Below are positions 60,292-64,000 of a stretch of 64,000 nt of DNA, piece after piece. The notes beneath the pieces are model-generated. The model worked only from the letters and a program-made list of their open reading frames with translations. It was not told where the DNA came from and searched no databases. A program made the position numbers and the translations under genes. The stretch is from an uncultured bacterium (lineage in GTDB: Bacteria > Fermentibacterota > Fermentibacteria > Fermentibacterales > JCC-6), in assembly GCA_964541235.1 (NCBI GenBank), contig CAZIPI010000014.1:666-64665 (forward strand), read 5' to 3'. Each line of letters begins with the position of its first letter. Position 1 is the first letter of the stretch.

Positions 60292-60618
60292 ATGACCGAA
60301 GGGCGCACGGCATTCATAGGTGACGCCGACTCGGTGCTTGGATTCAGGGCCCTGGGGGTGGAGACCTACACGCCCGGCGACCGGGAAGGCGCCCGGAAGA
60401 CCTTTCAGCGTCTTGTGAAAGAGAGGGTCTCGGTGATTATGCTCACCGAGGACATGCTGGAGAAGCTCGAAGACATGGTGAACGACACGCTCGGCCTGCC
60501 GGTACCGGCAGTGGTGGTTCTGCCCGGGGTTTCCGGAAGCCGCGGCCGGGGCGAGGATGCCATAAGAACACTGATCATCAAAGCCGTTGGAGTAGATCTG
60601 ATGAGCGAGGATGAATAG
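60292..60618 (+). CDS. atpF: V-type ATP synthase subunit F
   Basis: [18 protein letters not shown]. Size and operon position also fit. Confidence 0.8.
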   Translation: MTEGRTAFIGDADSVLGFRALGVETYTPGDREGARKTFQRLVKERVSVIMLTEDMLEKLEDMVNDTLGLPVPAVVVLPGVSGSRGRGEDAIRTLIIKAVGVDLMSEDE

Positions 60619-60632
60619 CCGGAGGAAGCCGA

Positions 60633-62402
60633 ATGCTGCAGGGAAGGATTGACAAGATAGCCGGGCCCCTGGTGGTGGCCACTGGAATGACCGAGGCCAG
60701 GATGTACGATGTTGTGTATGTCTCCGACTATCGGCTGATCGGCGAGATCATCGAGCTGAAGGGTGACAGGGCCAGCATCCAGGTTTACGAGGAAACGGCG
60801 GGGCTCAAACCCGGAGACCCTGTTTACGAAACGGGCCTTCCGCTTTCCGTAGAGCTTGGCCCGGGGCTTCTCACCTCCATCTACGACGGTATTCAGCGTC
60901 CTCTCGACAAGGTGAGGGAGCAGGCGGGGGACTGGATCGGCAGGGGAATAAACATTCCCGGCCTCGACCATCAGAGGAAGTGGCCCTTCACCCCCCTGAT
61001 AAGCCCCGGAACGTCCACCCATGGCGGGGAATTCATCGGCAGCGTAGAGGAGACGGAACTCATCACTCACCGGGTCATGGTCCCGCCGGATACCCGCGGT
61101 GAGGTGACATGGGTCGCCGATGCGGGTGAATACACCATAGACGAACCGGTGGCGAAGCTCAAGACCTCCGACGGTTCCGTTCTCGAACTTCCCATGCTTC
61201 AGAAGTGGCCGGTGAGAAAGCCGAGGCCCTTCGCTACCAAGCTGGCGCCCAACGAACCCCTCATAACCGGCCAGAGGGTTGTGGACGCCTTCTTCCCTGT
61301 GGGGAAGGGCGGAACGGCATGCGTTCCCGGCCCCTTCGGCAGCGGCAAGACTGTCATCCAGCACCAGCTGGCGAAATGGGCCGATTCCGAGGTGGTGGTC
61401 TACGTAGGGTGCGGGGAACGCGGCAACGAGATGACAGACGTGCTCCAGGAGTTTCCGGAGCTCGAGGATCCCAAGAGCGGAAAACCCCTGATCCTGAAGA
61501 CGGTTCTGGTGGCCAACACCTCGAACATGCCCGTCGCCGCCAGGGAAGCCAGCGTCTATACAGGTGTAACCATCGCCGAGTACTTCAGGGACATGGGGTA
61601 TTCGGTGGCCCTCATGGCTGACTCCACAAGCCGCTGGGCCGAAGCCATGAGGGAGATGAGCGGCAGGCTGGAGGAGATGCCCGGCGAGGAAGGCTACCCG
61701 GCGTACCTTGGAACCCGCATCGCCGAGTTCTACGAGAGGGCCGGCAAGGTGGAGTGCCTGGGCGGGGACGACCGGACGGGAGCGCTCACCGTCGTAGGCG
61801 CGGTGAGTCCCGCGGGGGGCGACCTGTCCGACCCTGTGGTGCAGGCGACCCTGAGGGTGGTGAAGGTGTTCTGGAGCCTGCAGGCCAACCTGGCCTACAT
61901 GCGCCATTTCCCGGCCATAGGGTGGCTGGACAGCTACTCGCTCTACATCAGGAACCTAAGGGACTACTACGACGAAAGCCTGGGGCAGGACTGGGTGAAA
62001 ATGGTCTCCAGGGCCATGGCCCTTCTGCAGGAGGAGGCGAACCTGCAGGAGATAGCCAGGCTGGTGGGAGCCGAGTCGCTCTCGCCTGAGGACCAGCTGG
62101 TGCTCTTCACCAGCCGTTCGCTCAGAGAGGATTTCCTTCATCAGAACGCTTTCCACCCTGTGGACACCTACGCTTCCATACGGAAACAGAAGGCCATGCT
62201 GGAAACCATCATGCACACCCACGACGCGATGGGCCGCGCCCTGAAGGCCGGAGTGGCTCCCAGGGACCTCTTCGCCTTTCACAACAGGGAGAAGATCTCG
62301 GGCATGCGCTACATCCCCGAGGAGCATATCCCGGCCATCACGGAACTCAAGGACATTATCACCGGCGAACTTGACTCCATGGTCGAGAAAGCCCGACTCT
62401 AA
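60633..62402 (+). CDS. atpA: V-type ATP synthase catalytic subunit A
   Basis: Walker [10 protein letters not shown]. Full-length family match. Confidence 0.95.
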   Translation: MLQGRIDKIAGPLVVATGMTEARMYDVVYVSDYRLIGEIIELKGDRASIQVYEETAGLKPGDPVYETGLPLSVELGPGLLTSIYDGIQRPLDKVREQAGDWIGRGINIPGLDHQRKWPFTPLISPGTSTHGGEFIGSVEETELITHRVMVPPDTRGEVTWVADAGEYTIDEPVAKLKTSDGSVLELPMLQKWPVRKPRPFATKLAPNEPLITGQRVVDAFFPVGKGGTACVPGPFGSGKTVIQHQLAKWADSEVVVYVGCGERGNEMTDVLQEFPELEDPKSGKPLILKTVLVANTSNMPVAAREASVYTGVTIAEYFRDMGYSVALMADSTSRWAEAMREMSGRLEEMPGEEGYPAYLGTRIAEFYERAGKVECLGGDDRTGALTVVGAVSPAGGDLSDPVVQATLRVVKVFWSLQANLAYMRHFPAIGWLDSYSLYIRNLRDYYDESLGQDWVKMVSRAMALLQEEANLQEIARLVGAESLSPEDQLVLFTSRSLREDFLHQNAFHPVDTYASIRKQKAMLETIMHTHDAMGRALKAGVAPRDLFAFHNREKISGMRYIPEEHIPAITELKDIITGELDSMVEKARL

Positions 62403-62416
62403 CCGGAGGTGACGAC

Positions 62417-63805
62417 TTGATCAAGGAATACACCACAACCGTTGAGATCTCCGGCCCGCTGATGCTTGTGGACGGAGTCTCTGATGTGAGCTTCGAGGAG
62501 CTGGTGGAGATCGAACTTCCCTCGGGCGAGATCCGGCACGGCAAGGTCCTCGAGGTTGACTCGCACAAGGCTCTGGTCCAGCTTTTCGAGGGCTCCAGCG
62601 GCACCGACCTTGACCGGTGCCGGGTTCGCTTCCTGGGAAAGGGAGTCGAGCTGGGTGTCAGCATCGAGATGCTCGGAAGGGTGTTCGACGGACAGGGAAG
62701 ACCCCGCCCCCCCTTCGATACCGCTCCCCCCATCGTTCCCGAGAAGATGGTGAACATCAACGGCGCCCCGATCAACCCCTTCGCCAGGGACTACCCTGCC
62801 GAGTTCATACAGACCGGGTTCAGCAGTATCGACGGGATTAACACCCTCGTCAGGGGGCAGAAACTCCCCGTCTTCAGCGCCAACGGCCTTCCGCACGGCG
62901 AAGTAGCGGCCCAGATCGCACGCCAGGCAAGGGTGCTCGGGAAGGGGGAGAACTTCGCCGTGGTCTTCGCCGCCATGGGGATCACCTTCGAGGAGGCGGA
63001 CTACTTCATTCGCGATTTCAAGGCCACCGGCGCCATGGACCGGGCCGTTGTCTTCCTGAACCTGGCCGACGACCCGGCCATCGAGAGGATAGCAACCCCA
63101 AGGATGGCCCTGACAGCCGCCGAATACCTGGCGTACGAGAAGGACATGCACATCCTGGTGATCCTCACCGACATGACCAACTACTGCGATGCCCTGCGGG
63201 AGATCAGCGCTGCCCGCAAGGAGGTTCCCGGAAGAAGGGGATATCCGGGCTATCTCTACACCGACCTTGCCTCGATCTACGAGAGGGCAGGCCGGATCAA
63301 GGGAAGGAAGGGGTCCATCACCCAGATACCCATCCTGACCATGCCCGAGGATGACAAGACCCACCCCATCCCCGACCTCACCGGCTATATCACCGAGGGG
63401 CAGCTCATCCTCAACCGCGAACTTCACAAGAAGGGCATCTACCCGCCGATGGACGTCATGGAATCCCTTTCCAGGCTCAAGGACAAGGGCATCGGCAGGA
63501 ACAAGACAAGGGAGGACCACTCGGACCTCTTCAACCAGCTGATGGCGGCCTATTCTGCGGGAAAGCAGGCGCGCGAGCTGTCCGTCATCCTGGGGGTCGC
63601 CGCCCTGAGCGCGCTCGACAGGCATTTCCTGGAGTTCGCCGAGGAGTTCGAGAAAAGGTACATCAGCCAGGAGGACCACGAGGACAGGGGCATAGAGGAT
63701 ACGCTCAACCTGGGATGGGAGCTTCTGAAGCACCTTCCAAGGGAGGAAATGAAGCGCATCCGTCCCGAGTACCTCGACCGCTACTGGCCAGTGGACAAGG
63801 ACTGA
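62417..63805 (+). CDS. atpB: V-type ATP synthase subunit B
   Basis: Full-length family match ([22 protein letters not shown]). TTG start after GGAGGTG. Confidence 0.95.
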   Translation: MIKEYTTTVEISGPLMLVDGVSDVSFEELVEIELPSGEIRHGKVLEVDSHKALVQLFEGSSGTDLDRCRVRFLGKGVELGVSIEMLGRVFDGQGRPRPPFDTAPPIVPEKMVNINGAPINPFARDYPAEFIQTGFSSIDGINTLVRGQKLPVFSANGLPHGEVAAQIARQARVLGKGENFAVVFAAMGITFEEADYFIRDFKATGAMDRAVVFLNLADDPAIERIATPRMALTAAEYLAYEKDMHILVILTDMTNYCDALREISAARKEVPGRRGYPGYLYTDLASIYERAGRIKGRKGSITQIPILTMPEDDKTHPIPDLTGYITEGQLILNRELHKKGIYPPMDVMESLSRLKDKGIGRNKTREDHSDLFNQLMAAYSAGKQARELSVILGVAALSALDRHFLEFAEEFEKRYISQEDHEDRGIEDTLNLGWELLKHLPREEMKRIRPEYLDRYWPVDKD

Positions 63806-63806
63806 C

Positions 63807-64000
63807 ATGGCTCTGCAGGTCCGAGCAACAAGAATGGAGCTGCTTCAGCTGAAGCGCCGCGTGAAGCTTGCCCGCAGGGGCCACAAGCTTCTCAAGGACA
63901 AGCTGGACGAGCTTATGCGGCAGTTCAAGATACTGATAGCAGACTACGAGGGAGCCAGGGCAAACCTGGAAAAGGAACTTCAAGGCGCATACTCGCGGTT
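63807..64000 (+). CDS. atpD: V-type ATP synthase subunit D (N-terminal part, runs off the window)
   Basis: Manual translation gives [40 protein letters not shown]... It is absent from the ORF track because there is no stop inside the window. Confidence 0.85.
   Translation, partial: MALQVRATRMELLQLKRRVKLARRGHKLLKDKLDELMRQFKILIADYEGARANLEKELQGAYSR

Noticed and set aside
60405-63808. 500-aa and 469-aa minus-strand ORFs
   Set aside because: They are antisense to atpA and atpB. These are shadow ORFs.

Overview
High-GC (roughly 60%+) bacterial chromosome segment that spans the replication-origin neighbourhood. A minus-strand block (rpmH-rnpA-yidD-yidC-mnmE-mnmG-rsmG-parA-parB) meets a plus-strand block (dnaA-dnaN-dciA/DUF721-gyrB-gyrA) at about 42.8-43.1 kb. 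DnaA-box-like motifs cluster in the dnaA-dnaN spacer, and two parS-like palindromes lie in or next to mnmG. Three secreted enzymes carry Por/T9SS-type C-terminal sorting domains, which suggests an uncultured anaerobe of the FCB superphylum (inference only). Core metabolism is fermentative and appears Na+-based. It includes a methylmalonyl-CoA decarboxylase Na+ pump with epimerase, MeaB and the B12-binding MCM subunit, iorAB with buk and ptb, a complete V-type ATPase operon whose K subunit keeps the Na+-binding residues, and an NSS symporter. Two regions stand out. (1) At 201-1466, two tandem paralogous exported proteins each have a conserved in-frame TGA inside a C-G-x-[TGA] motif. In both, an 8-bp hairpin with an AGGU loop starts exactly 11 nt downstream, so these are candidate selenoproteins. 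They are followed by a membrane polyferredoxin-like protein with Cys-rich N-terminal repeats. (2) At 6570-10777, a tightly coupled six-gene minus-strand operon encodes four signal-peptide or lipobox-bearing 2x[4Fe-4S] ferredoxin-domain proteins, a predicted outer-membrane beta-barrel and a DsbD_2-type membrane protein. This may be an Fe-S-based envelope electron conduit. A 1184-aa orphan protein is translationally coupled to gyrA. I found no CRISPR array, rRNA gene or mobile element.
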